In this document: piece by piece, positions 43,262 through 55,134 of the stretch
How the letters are laid out: every line of letters starts with the position of its first letter
Numbering within the stretch: the first letter of the stretch is position 1
DNA from: Pirellulales bacterium
Lineage (GTDB): Bacteria > Planctomycetota > Planctomycetia > Pirellulales > DATAWG01
DNA length: 64,000 nucleotides
Direction: 5' to 3'
Assembly: GCA_963738955.1 (NCBI GenBank)
Contig: CAVTYW010000019.1
Span: 189,207 to 253,206, forward strand
The notes under the pieces: model-generated
Told to the model about the DNA's origin: nothing
Database searches by the model: none
Seen by the model: only the letters and a program-made list of their open reading frames with translations
Made by a program: the position numbers and the translations under genes

Positions 43262-43459
43262 ACCGCGTCTCGCCGCCAGCACCCGCCCCCAACGCTAAAA
43301 TCGCGGCAGACAACGCAACCAGCTCCCTTCTTCGCGTTCTTCGCGGCTTCGCGGTGAACCGAATCGTCGTAACCCAAATTGCTTGACGCGCCGCCTGCCA
43401 AGCCCGATGATCAATCCCGGCAACCGATCCGCATTTTCTCTTCCGCGAAAGGGCTTCCA

Positions 43460-45059
43460 ATGCGGCACAACATAGCGGCCGGATTCTGCCTAGCGCTGAT
43501 TCTTTCGATGATTTCGCAAGGTTGTTCGAATGCAGCGGCAACTCCCACGGTCGAGCGTCCGCCGGCGGTGAAGGCCAGCCCCGCGGAACTCAAGCTCGCA
43601 GAATCGGCCAACGGCAATTTCGCCGTCGATCTCTATCAGCAGCTCGCCAAGGAGAACCCAAACCAGAATCTGTTTTTCTCGCCATTCTCCGTTTCCAGCG
43701 CGCTGTTGATCGCCGCCGAAGGGGCCAGCGGGGAGACAGCCGATCAGATGGGCAAGGTGCTGCACGTTCCCACGTCGCTGCACAACTCGGGCTCCAATGC
43801 GGCATCGCTGCCGTGGCAACTCACCGATCTCCATAAGGGCCAGGCCGCGATTTACTATCGGCTTAGCCCGGAGCCCGTTTCGCCCGAACTGAGCGCGAAA
43901 ATCGCCAAGCTGCGCAGCGGCCTCGACGCGGCGAATCGCGAAACCGAACGTCTCCAAACTTCCAACAACTGGCAAAAGGCCGAAGCGTCGAACGCCGCCG
44001 CCGAAAAACTGGCCAGCGAACTCAATCCGCTGCTCGCGCAAACCGAGCCCTACGAATGGCGCACGGCCAATGCGATTTGGGCCGAGAAGACGTATCCTTT
44101 CCGCCAGTCGTTTCTCGACACGATCCACACCTATTACGGCAGCGTGGCGATGCCCGTCGATTTCCGCGGCAATGCCGAGACGTCGCGCAAGGAAATCAAC
44201 GATTGGGTCGCCCAGCGTACGCGCGACCGGATCAATGACCTCATGCCCGCCGGCTCGATCGATCAGCTGACACGGCTGGTCATCACCAACGCCGTCTATT
44301 TCAAAGGCGAATGGCTGCGGCCGTTCGACGTCGGCTCGACGCAAACCAAGGATTTCCATCTGCCGGGCGGCAAGAATTTTTCCACGCCGATGATGTCGAA
44401 ATACATGTTCGACGCCGCCGGCTACGGCGCCTTCAACGGCGACGGCACTCCGTTCAACACGCCCCATGAAATTCCCGTCGCAATGCACGACGACGATCCG
44501 TCGCTCTATCCCGACGCGCACGGCTTTACCGCCGCGCGGCTCCCGTACAAAGGCGGCAAACTCTTCATGGCGATCATCGTTCCGCAATCGGCCGACGGCC
44601 TGGCCAGCGTTGAGCAGCAGTTGCCCGGCAAGGGCTTGCAGTCGTGGATCGCCGGAATCAACGATCGCACCGTGATCGTCAACGTGCCGAAATTCAAATT
44701 GGAGGCCGAGTATTCGCTGGTAAAATCGCTTCAAGCCATGGGAATGGTCCGGGCCTTCAACAATCCGACGGCCCCAGGCGGCGCCGAATTCGACCGCATG
44801 ACCACCAGCACCGATCCCGGCGCAACAGCTTTACATCACGGCCGTCGAGCATAAGACGTTCGTCGAAGTGAACGAAAAGGGCACCGAAGCGGCGGCCGCC
44901 ACGGGCCTGGCGATGGCCGCCGCGGAGAAGGCGCCGTTCGAGCAACCCAAGACACGCCCCTTCATCCCGACCTTCTGGGCCGACAAACCGTTCCTGTTCG
45001 CGATCTGCGACAACGCGACGCACAGCATCCTATTCCTCGGCCGCGTCGAGAAGCCGTAA
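43460..45059 (+). CDS. Serpin family lipoprotein, frameshift near 44820
   Basis: Lipobox-like SQGC; NLFFSPFS, LVITNAVYFKGEW, VPKFKLE, VNEKGTEAAAAT, FWADKPFLFAI, ILFLGRV. Confidence 0.93.
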
Positions 45060-45063
45060 GCCG

Positions 45064-45149
45064 GTTGAAAAAGGGAGACTGGCTCCGAGCAGTTCACGGT
45101 TTTGTCGAACGTTGCGGGCAGTTGCGAGGCGCCTGTCCCCTTTTTCAAC
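45064..45149. repeat. MITE-like inverted repeat element
   Basis: GTTGAAAAAGGGAGACTGGC...GCCTGTCCCCTTTTTCAAC. Confidence 0.7.
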
Positions 45150-45175
45150 ACGCGCGAAAGCCCGAAAGTGCGACC

Positions 45176-45460
45176 ATGCTAATTCAATTCGACGTCGCCG
45201 GCGAGCCGGTCGAGTTCTACCGCAACTGCTTCACCGGCCGCGCGGAACTGCGCCTGCGCGGCGAAGTCGTGGTGCTGCGAAGCTCGCTGAACCTGTCAAC
45301 GCATTTTTCGCTGAAATTGACGCGCGTGCTCCAACACCGCCTCGGCGAACACGAAATCGCCATCGAACAAACCCGGCCGCTCTTATTCGCGGGATTACGA
45401 CCGCACGAATATCGAATCGCGGTGGATGGCGTTGTCGTGAGGCAGCAACGCGGGTACTGA
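45176..45460 (+). CDS. Small hypothetical beta-rich protein
   Basis: 94 aa MLIQFDVAGEPVEF...RPHEYRIAVDG. Confidence 0.65.
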   Translation: MLIQFDVAGEPVEFYRNCFTGRAELRLRGEVVVLRSSLNLSTHFSLKLTRVLQHRLGEHEIAIEQTRPLLFAGLRPHEYRIAVDGVVVRQQRGY

Positions 45461-45493
45461 AGAAAAATCGATCGGGGCGCGACGTATCCCGCG

Positions 45494-45763
45494 CTACGGA
45501 ATGTCGCGGGTGAGATTGGCTCGCGTGTTGGCGATTCGGTCGATGAACTCGATCTGTTCGTCGGTCAGGCCGTCGTAGACGCTCTGCCAGTCCTCAATCG
45601 TCGGCCCCGGGCCCCGTAGCTCATTAGGCGCTTGGTCGGAAATTTCGGCGACGCTGATTGTCAGGCGCTGATTGTCTTGCAGCCGCACGCCGATCACGTC
45701 TTCAATCGCGCGGCGGTGCGCCGCGTCGAGTCTGATGACGTCAATACTACGGATCGATTCCAT
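45494..45763 (-). CDS. Small hypothetical protein
   Basis: 89 aa, W..VYDGLTDEQIE; resembles orphan antitoxin-type small proteins. Confidence 0.6.
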   Translation of the reverse strand: MESIRSIDVIRLDAAHRRAIEDVIGVRLQDNQRLTISVAEISDQAPNELRGPGPTIEDWQSVYDGLTDEQIEFIDRIANTRANLTRDIP

Positions 45764-45875
45764 AATTGGCATCATACCGAAGGATATTTGTGCCTGCAAA
45801 CGCGAAACCGCTCGGCGTCGCTCTTCCGGTCGTACAACTCTTCACAACACCAAGCAGTCCATTGCGTGCCGCGGC

Positions 45876-46617
45876 CTACTTGGGTCCGTTTCCACTCATG
45901 TCTCTTAGCGATGCAGGCAACTCAGGCGCAAAGTCGGACGAAGATGGCAATGCGGGTGTATCGTCCTTATCAAGAGGGGGCGGTGGCTCCAATCGCTCGA
46001 CCTCGGCGTTCGGCCCTGATCTGCCCGCCGTGGATTGGCTAGCCGGGCGGATTGAATCCAGTTCGCCGTTATCTCGTGGCTCCGGAGGCGACAACATCCA
46101 TAATAAGCCATCAACGTAATTGAACAGCGATGTTAGTTCTGCTGGTTCTTTGGCTTGCCCAACGACGTAAACCGATGTGTCGATGATCCGACTGTCCGTT
46201 GAAATTTTCAATCTTGATTCACTGCCGTCGAAAATGCCGTCGCTGTGGTACTCCTGCTTCACATCATTCCAATTCACAGCCGCGACTAGGGCCCGGAGGC
46301 GCGACAATTCAGCCTCCGTGAGCGTGTTCCGTTTGGGGTCAAAAGGTTCGCGTGCAGGGTCTCTGCTCTCGTGGTGGAAGGTCAACCATTCGGTGCGACT
46401 CAAATCAACCTTGCCATCGGGGAACAGTATGAGCCGGGGCGTCGCACCATACCATGTCCGATAGCAGATATATTCGAGCGTCTTGAATTCAAATGGGGGC
46501 GGCGCGTTGCTCGTCGGAGGCGCGGCAGGACCGAAGAATCTTGAAGTTGCCAATCCCAAGCCCGTAACGGATGCGGCACGTTGCCGCAACCAACAGCAAA
46601 GAGCGCCACCGTGGCAT
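45876..46617 (-). CDS. Hypothetical exported protein, probable frameshift in signal region
   Basis: MPRWRSLLLVAAT joins the long ORF 45876-46718. Confidence 0.5.
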
Positions 46618-46718
46618 GGTCGCTTCTCCCCGCAAGACAAAACTGCCCATGCATATTGTAACTGATGGTACGCCACACTATCTAATTCATGCGCTCCGGC
46701 ATCGCTGTATTCGCGCAA

Positions 46719-47689
46719 CTAACTCGAACTTATTCCGTCGCCCTCCTTCCGAAACACAACGCCGCTATCAACCTGCTGAAAACCAAGTTTGCGGTAGAGG
46801 GCGATGGCGTTCGTATTCGTCGTCATCGTTTGGGCTTCGACCATCACGAACGATTGCTCTTGAAGCTGGCGCAGTGTCTCGCCGACTAGGTACGTTGCCA
46901 CGCCTCGGCGGCGCTGGGAATCGGAGACTTCGAGATCGATCAGGCCGCTGGCGCGAACGCCCCATGGGGCCGCGAAAGGCTCGATGTTCCAGCAGGTCAT
47001 TTGGGCCACCGGTTCGCCGCCCGCATGTGGCAGCAGGCGATACAGCGTTCGTTCGCATTCGTCCATCGTGCAGGCTTCCCACCAGGTTCGCGGCGGCGGG
47101 TCGGCGACGGTTTCCAAAATCGTGCCGCGGCGAATCTGCATTTGCTGCCGATCGATGCAGGGGCGAAAGCCGCTCAGGTCGCGGTGCAGAATCACCGTGC
47201 GGCCGATTTCGCGATAGCCGGCCCCGCGAAACACCGCCTGCACTTGCGGATCGGAATCCAGCACGCCCGGCAATTCGCTCCCGCCATACAGCCCCCAGTA
47301 AAACGGCACGAGCGGCCGCACGCCGCCGCCATAGATCACCTTCGCTCCGCGGTCACGCAAATACTCCTCGGCCAAAGCCACCAGCCGCGCAGCGATCGCC
47401 GCCTCTTCCGGATGGGCAACCACCAGCAGCATCACGATCACGCCCAAATCGGTCGACAGCCCGTCTTCCTTTTCGTTCGGCCCGAAGCCGGCGTGAACGA
47501 ATCCGACTGGCCGCTCGTCGTCGAAGGCCAAAATCAAGCCGGCCCGATCGAAATAGGGCTTCGACAGCACCAACTGATCGAGCATCTGGGTCGTGATCGG
47601 CTGCGCTAGCCGTGCCGCCCGACGCAGCCGCGCCAAACGGCGGTCAACAGCGGAGGATCGCCATTCAAGAACGGTCGGTAGCGGAGCAC
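46719..47689 (-). CDS. Tandem GNAT acetyltransferase, 5' frameshift
   Basis: VGFVHAGFG, RRRGVATYL, NTNAIALYRKLGF. Confidence 0.88.
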
Positions 47690-47766
47690 GGGGGAAGGGG
47701 CCAGGGGCGAGGGGACGAAAAACGAGGATCGAAGAACGAGGATCGAAGAAGAACGGATCGCGGCTG

Positions 47767-48090
47767 TTACTGCGCGGGGATTTCGGCGGTGTCGATTTGG
47801 ATTTGGTCGGCTTCGATGCGGACTGGGAATTGGGGTTGGCGGACTCGGCGGTTAAGTTGGTTCTGGCCGGTGCAAACGTCGAATTGCCAGCCGTGCCAGG
47901 GGCACATCAAGGTCGTGCCGACCAGTTCGCCTTCGCCCAGCGGTCCGCCTTGATGCGGGCAAACGCCGTCGAGTGCAAAAAACTTGCCATCGACGTTGCA
48001 GAGCGCGACGACGCGCTCGCCGGCAACACGCTCCAACACGGTGCCGGGCGGACATTCGGAGATTTTTGCGACGGTGACCCAGTTGGACAT
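47767..48090 (-). CDS. Rieske [2Fe-2S] ferredoxin
   Basis: CPHQGGPL...CPWHGWQFD. Confidence 0.95.
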   Translation of the reverse strand: MSNWVTVAKISECPPGTVLERVAGERVVALCNVDGKFFALDGVCPHQGGPLGEGELVGTTLMCPWHGWQFDVCTGQNQLNRRVRQPQFPVRIEADQIQIDTAEIPAQ

Positions 48091-48215
48091 GGCGGAGTGA
48101 TGCTCTTAAAAGGAAAGCAAACGGTATGCAGCGGCAATGCGCGCTCCCCGCAAGCGAGCTTCGGTGCGGTTCAAGTGCGCGGAGTTTTTTTGAGGGGTCG
48201 GCGGTTGGGAATTTT

Positions 48216-49157
48216 TTAGGCGGCTTTCGTGCGGGGGCGACGGGTGTCTTTCCAGCGGCGGTGGACCCACCAATACTGGTCCGGATCGCGGCGGATGATT
48301 TGCTCCAAGCAATGAGTATACCATTGCGTCAACCCGGCGACTCCCTGCTGATCCGGCCCGAGGCAGCGCGGATCGGCCACGTCCTCGATTCCCATCTCGA
48401 AATGCATCGGCTGGCCCAACCGTCGAAAATAGCCGACCACCAGCGGCGCGTCGTTGGCTAGCGAAAATAGCGCGATCGCCTTGTGTGTCGAAGCAGGCCG
48501 GCCGAAAAAATCGACCCAGCACCCCTTCGGGCCGGCATTCTGATCGGCCAGCACCGATAGCGTTCCCCGGCAGCCCAGCAAATCGGAAATCTCGCCGGCG
48601 CTGCCATTCTTTTCCAGAATCTTGAGGAAGTTCGCCGAGCGAAAATCGTGCACGAAGCGGTCCAAGAAGCGATTATCCAGCGGCCGAGCCACCGAAAACA
48701 TCTCGAACCCAAACAGCCCAAACACAAAGCCCGCCAACTCGAAATTCCCGAAATGGGCCGAGACGGTCACATGCGGCCGATCGGCGAACAGCCGGCGAAT
48801 CGTGCGGCCGATGTCGCGGACGTGAATATACTCTCGCCAGTTGGTGTCGTGAACTTTCCGCGGCACGTGGGCCATCTCGATGACCATTAGAAACAAATGC
48901 TCCCACATCCGCAGCGACAACCGCCGCCGTTCGTCGGCCGTCAGCTCCGGGAACGCCAGCCGCAGATTTTCATCGACAACGTCGCCACGCTTGCGGATCA
49001 CGTCGTTCACCAACACGGCCAGCCGCCGGCTCGCGGCCACGCAGGTTTCGATCCGCACCGATTGCACGAGGCAAATCATCAGGCGAACGAAAAGGTAAAT
49101 CAGAAAATCGCCGACGATCTTGAATCGGCTAACGACTTTGGGCATTGCGGAATCCAT
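48216..49157 (-). CDS. Lipid A late acyltransferase family (LpxL/HtrB-like)
   Basis: HFGNFE, RPLDN, LADQN, VDFFG, PDQYWWVHRRWK. Confidence 0.92.
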   Translation of the reverse strand: MDSAMPKVVSRFKIVGDFLIYLFVRLMICLVQSVRIETCVAASRRLAVLVNDVIRKRGDVVDENLRLAFPELTADERRRLSLRMWEHLFLMVIEMAHVPRKVHDTNWREYIHVRDIGRTIRRLFADRPHVTVSAHFGNFELAGFVFGLFGFEMFSVARPLDNRFLDRFVHDFRSANFLKILEKNGSAGEISDLLGCRGTLSVLADQNAGPKGCWVDFFGRPASTHKAIALFSLANDAPLVVGYFRRLGQPMHFEMGIEDVADPRCLGPDQQGVAGLTQWYTHCLEQIIRRDPDQYWWVHRRWKDTRRPRTKAA

Positions 49158-49176
49158 TCCTGCTTGGTTGAAGAAC

Positions 49177-49767
49177 TCAAGACTTCGCGGCGGGCGTCGC
49201 CGCCGCCGGAGCCGTTGACGGTTCCTTCGTCAACTTGAATGAATTGAAAAACGTCTTTGCGCGATCGGCCGACGGTCGGCCGCTTTCCGTCGTCACCAAC
49301 AGTTGATACAAACGGCCATTGACCAGATACAGCCGCCATAGTCGTGTGCCGCCGAGACCGGTCACTTCCAGTTCCCGGCCCGGGTTGGCATCGAGCTTGA
49401 TCTTGTTTTCCTTGGCCGGCTTGCCATGCACGCTGGCCACGCCGCCGTCGCGCATCCGGTCGAGCAGCTTTTCCGGATCGGCGTCTTTGACGAGATCGGC
49501 GGGCAAGTCGCAGTAGATCACCACGTAGGTCTCTTTGTCCTTCGACCGCCGGGCGACGAATTGGTGCATCGCGACCTCTCCCATTTCGGTGTTCGTCGTC
49601 GAAGTCGATTGATCCGGCTTGCCGGGAAACGAAACCGTGAAGCCGCCTTCTTTGGGCGTGAACGTCTTGAAATCGCCCGGGTCGGCGGCCAGCGACGTTC
49701 CCGCGATCGTCAAGACGAGGCCAAAAACGCCAAGGACGATCCGCATGGAAACGCTCCCAAAGGGCAA
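49177..49767 (-). CDS. Exported hypothetical protein (PsbP/DcrB-like fold possible)
   Basis: Signal peptide; GFTVSFPGKP, RLYQLLV, FFNSFKL. Confidence 0.7.
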   Translation of the reverse strand: MPFGSVSMRIVLGVFGLVLTIAGTSLAADPGDFKTFTPKEGGFTVSFPGKPDQSTSTTNTEMGEVAMHQFVARRSKDKETYVVIYCDLPADLVKDADPEKLLDRMRDGGVASVHGKPAKENKIKLDANPGRELEVTGLGGTRLWRLYLVNGRLYQLLVTTESGRPSADRAKTFFNSFKLTKEPSTAPAAATPAAKS

Positions 49768-49908
49768 ATGACGAATGACTAACTGACGAATGGTCGGAAC
49801 GGCGGGGCGCCAATTGCTGGCTGGCCCCTAGTTTACTCGGCAAATGGGGCGAGTGAAACAGTAGTTGGCGGGCAATTGCGTCCTTGACCCGGGCTGGCGT
49901 TGCGCGGT

Positions 49909-50387
49909 ATGCCAAGCGGTGTGAAATACGAGCCTCGCTTGCATATCGTGCTGCACCAGCCGGAGATTCCCTACAACACGGGCGCGGTCGGCCGGACGTG
50001 CGTCGCCGTCGGGGCCAAGCTATGGCTAGTCCGCCCGCTCGGATTTCGGCTCGACGACTATTACCTCCGCCGCGCCGGCCTCGATTATTGGGAACACCTC
50101 GAATTCGAAGTGGTCGACAACTGGCCCGCCCTGACGCGTGCCTGCCGTCGCGAGAACCGTGGCTGCTGACAAAAACTGCGACGAACCTCTACACGACCCC
50201 ACGCTACGAGCCGGGCGAAGTTTTCGTCTTCGGCAGCGAATCGCAAGGTCTGTCGCCGGCATTGCTCGACGAGTATCGTGAGCGAACGCTACGAATACCA
50301 ATCCGGGCGGAAGTGCGCAGTTTGAATCTATCGAACAGCGTGGCGATCGTGGCGTACGAGGCGCTTCGGCAGTGGGATGGGTTCTGA
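49909..50387 (+). CDS. trmL: tRNA (cytidine/uridine-34 2'-O)-methyltransferase, frameshifted
   Basis: [39 protein letters not shown]. Confidence 0.93.
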
Positions 50388-50415
50388 TTCATTTGCCGTG
50401 CGTCGGTCGCCGCTA

Positions 50416-51008
50416 TTACAGACCGGCCGACGTGCCGGGTTGAAACCGTGCACCCGAACGTGCGTCGCTCGATCTGAGCATCACGCAATCCGATTCGCAA
50501 TCGGCGCACGAATTGTCGGCCGAAACCGAAACCTCCATTTCTGGCACCCATTCTGTTTCCGGTTCGTCGCCCCGGTTGCCATTGTATGTCACGTAAACGT
50601 AGTACCCAGGGATTGTGAAAACATACGCACATGTGGTGAATAGAACTGGGGAAGAACTCGATTCGAGGCGCAATCGAGCCCCGTCCAGGGCGCAAAAAAA
50701 TCCTCGCCCGGCGTGGGGTCTTCTTGGGCTGGGATTTCGGCACTCGCAGTTACTGGTTGAGCGCCTGTCCAACCCGTCGTGACTTGGTCGTTGTACGGCG
50801 CCCAATAACTTTTCCGAACGGAGCGCGAGCCCGCCTTGATGCCAATCGTGTAGTCAGGAATGAGCCCGCTGTAATCCGAGCCGGAATCGCGCTCCGAGGG
50901 AGAATCCAAGGTCGCGGCGTTCCAATCGCGGAAGCCCATTTGGGCCAATACCCCGCGGGCTCCCGCCAGGGCGAAAACAAGAACCGCAGTCGTTGCGATT
51001 CGTTTCAT
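50416..51008 (-). CDS. Hypothetical exported protein, frameshifted
   Basis: MKRIATTAVLVFALAGARGVLA signal after GAGGG RBS; continuation in neighbouring frames uncertain. Confidence 0.45.
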
Positions 51009-51059
51009 GGCGTCCCCTCTGGATTGGTTCACGCAGGTGCGGAAGAGGTTGTTCAATCG

Positions 51060-51293
51060 TCACGCGGTCTCGACGACCAGCCGGTGTTTGGCGGACGGCA
51101 TTGGCAAGCCAAGTTTCTGCAGGCTCTCCAAATGTAAATCCAACGCTTCGCAGGCATGGCCGAATGCTTCGGCCAAAGTGTCGCCGCTCGTGATGATGTC
51201 GGGAATGTCGGGAAAAGTGACAGTATATGCGGGGTCTGCGGGTTGGTATTCGATCGTGAAGACGTAGTTTCGATATCCGTGGGTTGTTGTCAT
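51060..51293 (-). CDS. hicB: HicB-family antitoxin, short form
   Basis: YTVTFPDIPDIITSGDTLAEAF..ACEAL; ATGA overlap with hicA. Confidence 0.9.
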   Translation of the reverse strand: MTTTHGYRNYVFTIEYQPADPAYTVTFPDIPDIITSGDTLAEAFGHACEALDLHLESLQKLGLPMPSAKHRLVVETA

Positions 51294-51526
51294 AATCCGA
51301 GAGCCTCCAAAACTTTCTTCGCATCGGCCGGATGACACACCTTTCGCCCTCCATGAGGGCGAACGATGGTCAAAACTCGACCGCCCTTACGGTGGAATGT
51401 AAAGTGGCTGCCACGCGAGTTGAATAAAACGAACCCTTCATACTCCAGCAACGCTACCACTTCCGAAAATCGCGTGCTCTGGGGTGCAGCGCGCATCCTT
51501 AGAATTAGTTTATCACGCCGGCTCAT
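51290..51526 (-). CDS. hicA: HicA-family toxin
   Basis: 78 aa, LLEYEGF...RGSHFTF..TIVRPH. Confidence 0.88.
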   Translation of the reverse strand: MSRRDKLILRMRAAPQSTRFSEVVALLEYEGFVLFNSRGSHFTFHRKGGRVLTIVRPHGGRKVCHPADAKKVLEALGL

Positions 51527-51558
51527 CCCGTACCTCGCACAATCGCGGTGGACTGCCG

Positions 51559-53541
51559 TTAAGTTCGCTTGAACTGCCGATCAAGATCGTCACGCGTGAA
51601 CACCAATGCCGTCGGACGGCCGTGCGGGCAATGATGGGCGTCTTGAGCAAGATGGCGCTGCTCGACAAGCTCCGCCACTTCCTCGGGCGTCAGGCGGTCG
51701 CCGGCTTTGATCGCGGCTTTGCAGGCGATCATGTGCAGCAGTTCGTCGAGCAGGTCGCGGCGGTCGGGCGCTTTGCCGCCGTCCAACAGCCGCTCGACAA
51801 GCGTTCGCAGCAGTTCGGCCGGCCGGAGCTTCGCCAGCATCGCCGGGTAACTGCTGACGAGCAGCGTCCCGCCGCCGAACGGTTCGACCTCGACTCCCAG
51901 TTGCGCCAATAGCTCTCGATTCGACAGCGCCGCGGCCGTTTCCGCCGGACTCATATCGACCGGCTCGGGCACCAACAGCCGTTGCGTCTCGAGCGCTCCG
52001 GCCAGCACCTTTTCGCGCAGCTGTTCGTAAATCACCCGTTCGTGCAGCGCGTGTTGATCGATGACCACCACGCCGTCGTCCGTTTCGGCGATCAGATAGC
52101 GATCGTGAACCTGAATCGCCGGGCTCGGCTGGCGCACCGCGGCAAATGTGCGGTCGTCGGCGAGCCGCGAGACGATCGGCGCATCGGGCAGCCCGAACTT
52201 GCTGCGATCGAGCGGCATCAGTTCCAGCGGCTGCGCCGACGGCCGCGGAATTCCCGGCAGCGATGCGAATTCGCGCTGCTCGGACGCCCTACCTGGAGAA
52301 GCGGGGGCAAACTCGTTAAGCCGGCTGCGCAGCAGAAACCGGGCTCGCCGAGCCCACTGGCCCCGCCAACCGCCGCCAATTCTCCTTTCGCCCAGCGCGA
52401 CGAGTTCCTCGCGCATCTGCGCCGCGCGGGCCGCGTCATGCCCGCCGGTCGGATCGGCCGCCGCGAATGCCGATGCCGGTTCGACGGCCATGTCCGCGCC
52501 GCCGGTTTCCACGGCAGCGCCGTTCGGGCGATACTTGGCGGTCAGGTCGGTCGTGAGGAACCGCGTGCGCAGCGTGCCGAGCAGTTGGCTGTACAGCCGG
52601 CCGCCATCCTGGAAGCGGACTTCGAGCTTCGTCGGATGCACGTTCACGTCGACCATCTCGGGCGGCATTTCGATTCGCAGAAACGCGATCGGATAGCGGC
52701 CGGTCAGCAGCAGCCCGCGATACGCTTCGCCCAGCGCATGCTGCAGCGACCGATCGCGGATCGCGCGGCCGTTGAGAAACAGATACTGCATCCGCTGATT
52801 GCCGCGGCTGTGGCTCGGATTGGCCACGTAGCCGGCCAGCCGCACGTCGCCGTCGCGGCTCTCGACCCAGATCAGATCGCTCGGCCAGTTCGGCGCCGAA
52901 AACAGCCGCGATCCGCTCGCGCCAGTCGTCGGCCGGCGGCAGATCGTAGACGAGCTTGTCGTGATGCCGCAGCGTGAAGTGCGACCTGCGGATGGGCCAG
53001 CGCCAGCCGCGTGAAGGCCTCGCTGGTATGCCCCATCTCGGTCTGCGTCGACTTGAGAAACTTGCGCCGCACCGGCGTGTTGAAGAACAGATTGTGCACT
53101 TCGATCGTCGTGCCCGACCGGGCAGCCGCAGGGCGCGATCGGCGACAGCTGCCCGCCGGTCGACTTCCAGTTCGGCGCCGGCCGCTGCGTCGGCCGTGCG
53201 GCTGCGGAGCACGAAGCCGGCTGACTTCGGCGATCGACGCCAGCGCCTCGCCGCGAAAGCCGAGCGTGCCGACGCGAAACAGATCGTCGGCCTCGCGAAT
53301 CTTGCTCGTGGCATGGCTGGCGACGGCCAGCGGCAATTGGTCGGCCGCGATGCCGCAGCCGTTGTCGCACGACGCGCACCAGCTCGACGCCCCCTTGCTC
53401 GACCGCCACGTCGATCCGCGTCGCGCCGGCGTCGAGCGCGTTCTCCATCAACTCCTTGACGACGCTCGCCGGCCGCTCGATCACCTCGCCGGCGGCGATC
53501 TTGTTGACGACGCTCGGCGGTAGTTGGCGAATGTCGGGCAT
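51559..53541 (-). CDS. mutL: DNA mismatch repair protein MutL, frameshifted in assembly
   Basis: [62 protein letters not shown]. Confidence 0.96.
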   Translation of the reverse strand: MPDIRQLPPSVVNKIAAGEVIERPASVVKELMENALDAGATRIDVAVEQGGVELVRVVRQRLRHRGRPIAAGRRQPCHEQDSRGRRSVSRRHARLSRRGAGVDRRSQPASCSAAARPTQRPAPNWKSTGGQLSPIAPCGCPVGHDDRSAQSVLQHAGAAQVSQVDADRDGAYQRGLHAAGAGPSAGRTSRCGITTSSSTICRRPTTGASGSRLFSAPNWPSDLIWVESRDGDVRLAGYVANPSHSRGNQRMQYLFLNGRAIRDRSLQHALGEAYRGLLLTGRYPIAFLRIEMPPEMVDVNVHPTKLEVRFQDGGRLYSQLLGTLRTRFLTTDLTAKYRPNGAAVETGGADMAVEPASAFAAADPTGGHDAARAAQMREELVALGERRIGGGWRGQWARRARFLLRSRLNEFAPASPGRASEQREFASLPGIPRPSAQPLELMPLDRSKFGLPDAPIVSRLADDRTFAAVRQPSPAIQVHDRYLIAETDDGVVVIDQHALHERVIYEQLREKVLAGALETQRLLVPEPVDMSPAETAAALSNRELLAQLGVEVEPFGGGTLLVSSYPAMLAKLRPAELLRTLVERLLDGGKAPDRRDLLDELLHMIACKAAIKAGDRLTPEEVAELVEQRHLAQDAHHCPHGRPTALVFTRDDLDRQFKRT

Positions 53542-53621
53542 GAGCGATCAGATCAGTGACGGATGCGCAGGTCGAAGCGGCGCGTCGAGCGGTGCGACGT
53601 TGCTCGAATCGCACGAATCGT

Positions 53622-55042
53622 CTAGAGTCCGTATTCCTTGATCTTGCGATACAGCGTCCGCTCGCCGATGCCCAGCATCTCGGCGGCGTGCTTCGCGGTT
53701 GCCGCCGGTGAGCTTGAGCGTTTCGGCGATGAACAGCCGCTCGATTTCCGCCAGCGGCTTGCCGACCAGGCTCGCCAGATGCTGCCGGTCGACGCTTCGG
53801 CCGTCGGCGAGCAGTCGACGGCGCCGGCCAATTCGCTCGGCAGATCGTCGACGTCGAGCACGCCGTCGTAATCGACCACGACCATGCTCTCGATCGCGTT
53901 GCGCAGTTGGCGCACGTTGCCCGGCCAGTCGATAGGCCATCAGCCGTCGCCGCGCGGCGGTCGACATGCTCTTGATCGTCTTGTGGTGCCGCTTGGCGAA
54001 CTGCCTGATGAAGTGCTCGATCAACAGCGGAATGTCCTGGCTCCGCTCGACCAGCCGCGGCAGCGACGATCGTCACCACCTTCAGCCGGTGATACAGATC
54101 GCTGCGAAACGTGCCGGCCGCGATCGGATCCTCCAGGTTGCGGTTCGTGGCCGAGAGGATGCGCACGTTGACCTGGATCGGATCGTTCGAGCCGACGCGC
54201 GTGATCTCGCCGCTCTCCAGCACGCGCAGCAGCTTGATCTGCGTGGCCATCGGCATGTCGCCGACTTCGTCGAGAAACAGCGTGCCGCCGTGGGCGTATT
54301 CGAACTTGCCGATCCGATCGGTCGAGGCGTCGGTGAACGCCCCGCGGACGTGGCCGAACAGCTCGCTTTCCAGGATGTTCTCGCTCAGCGCGGCGCAGTT
54401 CAGGGCGACGAACGGCTTGTTCTTGCGCGGGCTGTTCTGATGGATCGCCTGCGCGACCAGTTCCTTGCCGGTGCCGGTCTCGCCTTGGATCAGCACGCTG
54501 GCGTCGGTCGGGGCGATCCGCTTCAGGCGGTCGATCACCTCGTTCATCTGCGGGCTGGAGCCGATCACCCCCTCGAAGCCGAATTTTTCGTCCAGCCGGC
54601 GGTTCAGTTCGGCGTTCGTCCGCCGCAGCCGCAGGCTGGCCGCGGCTTTTTCGGCGACGGCCCGCAGCTGGCCCAGATCGAGCGGCTTGAGCAGATAGTT
54701 GAACGCCCCCTGCTGCATGGCCGACACGGCCGAGGGGATCGTGCCGTGGCCGGTGACCAGGATCACCTCGGCGTCGGGCAGGGCCTCCTTGGCGCGGGCC
54801 AGGATCTCCAGCCCGTCGACGTCGTTCATCATCAGGTCGGTGATGACGATGTCGAACGACTCCTGCTCGATCAGCTCGGCCCCTTGCGTGCCGGAGGTGG
54901 CCACGGTGCAGTCGTAGCCGACGCGCTCCAGGCTTTCGGCGACGGCCTCGGCGTGCGCGGCGTCGTTGTCGACGATCAGCACGCGAATGTCGCCCGGCGG
55001 GGCCTGATCGGTGGCATGCATGACTGCGGTGGACGAGACCAT
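53622..55042 (-). CDS. Sigma54-dependent NtrC-family response regulator, frameshifted
   Basis: REC domain, [30 protein letters not shown]-terminal [11 protein letters not shown]. Confidence 0.94.
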
Positions 55043-55092
55043 GCGACCGATAATACCCGATCGTCGGCGGGGCGAATAGACAGCGCCACCCA

Positions 55093-55119
55093 ACACCAAC
55101 CCGAAGCGTCAGCGAGGGC
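55093..55119 (+). repeat. Single REP-like copy, family AACCCGAAGCGTYAGCGAGGG
   Basis: ACACCAACCCGAAGCGTCAGCGAGGGC. Confidence 0.8.
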
Positions 55120-55134
55120 AATGGTCGCGGCGGA

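Noticed and set aside
53622-55042. GAFTDA instead of GAFTGA in the sigma54 activator
   Set aside because: Common tolerated variant; not notable
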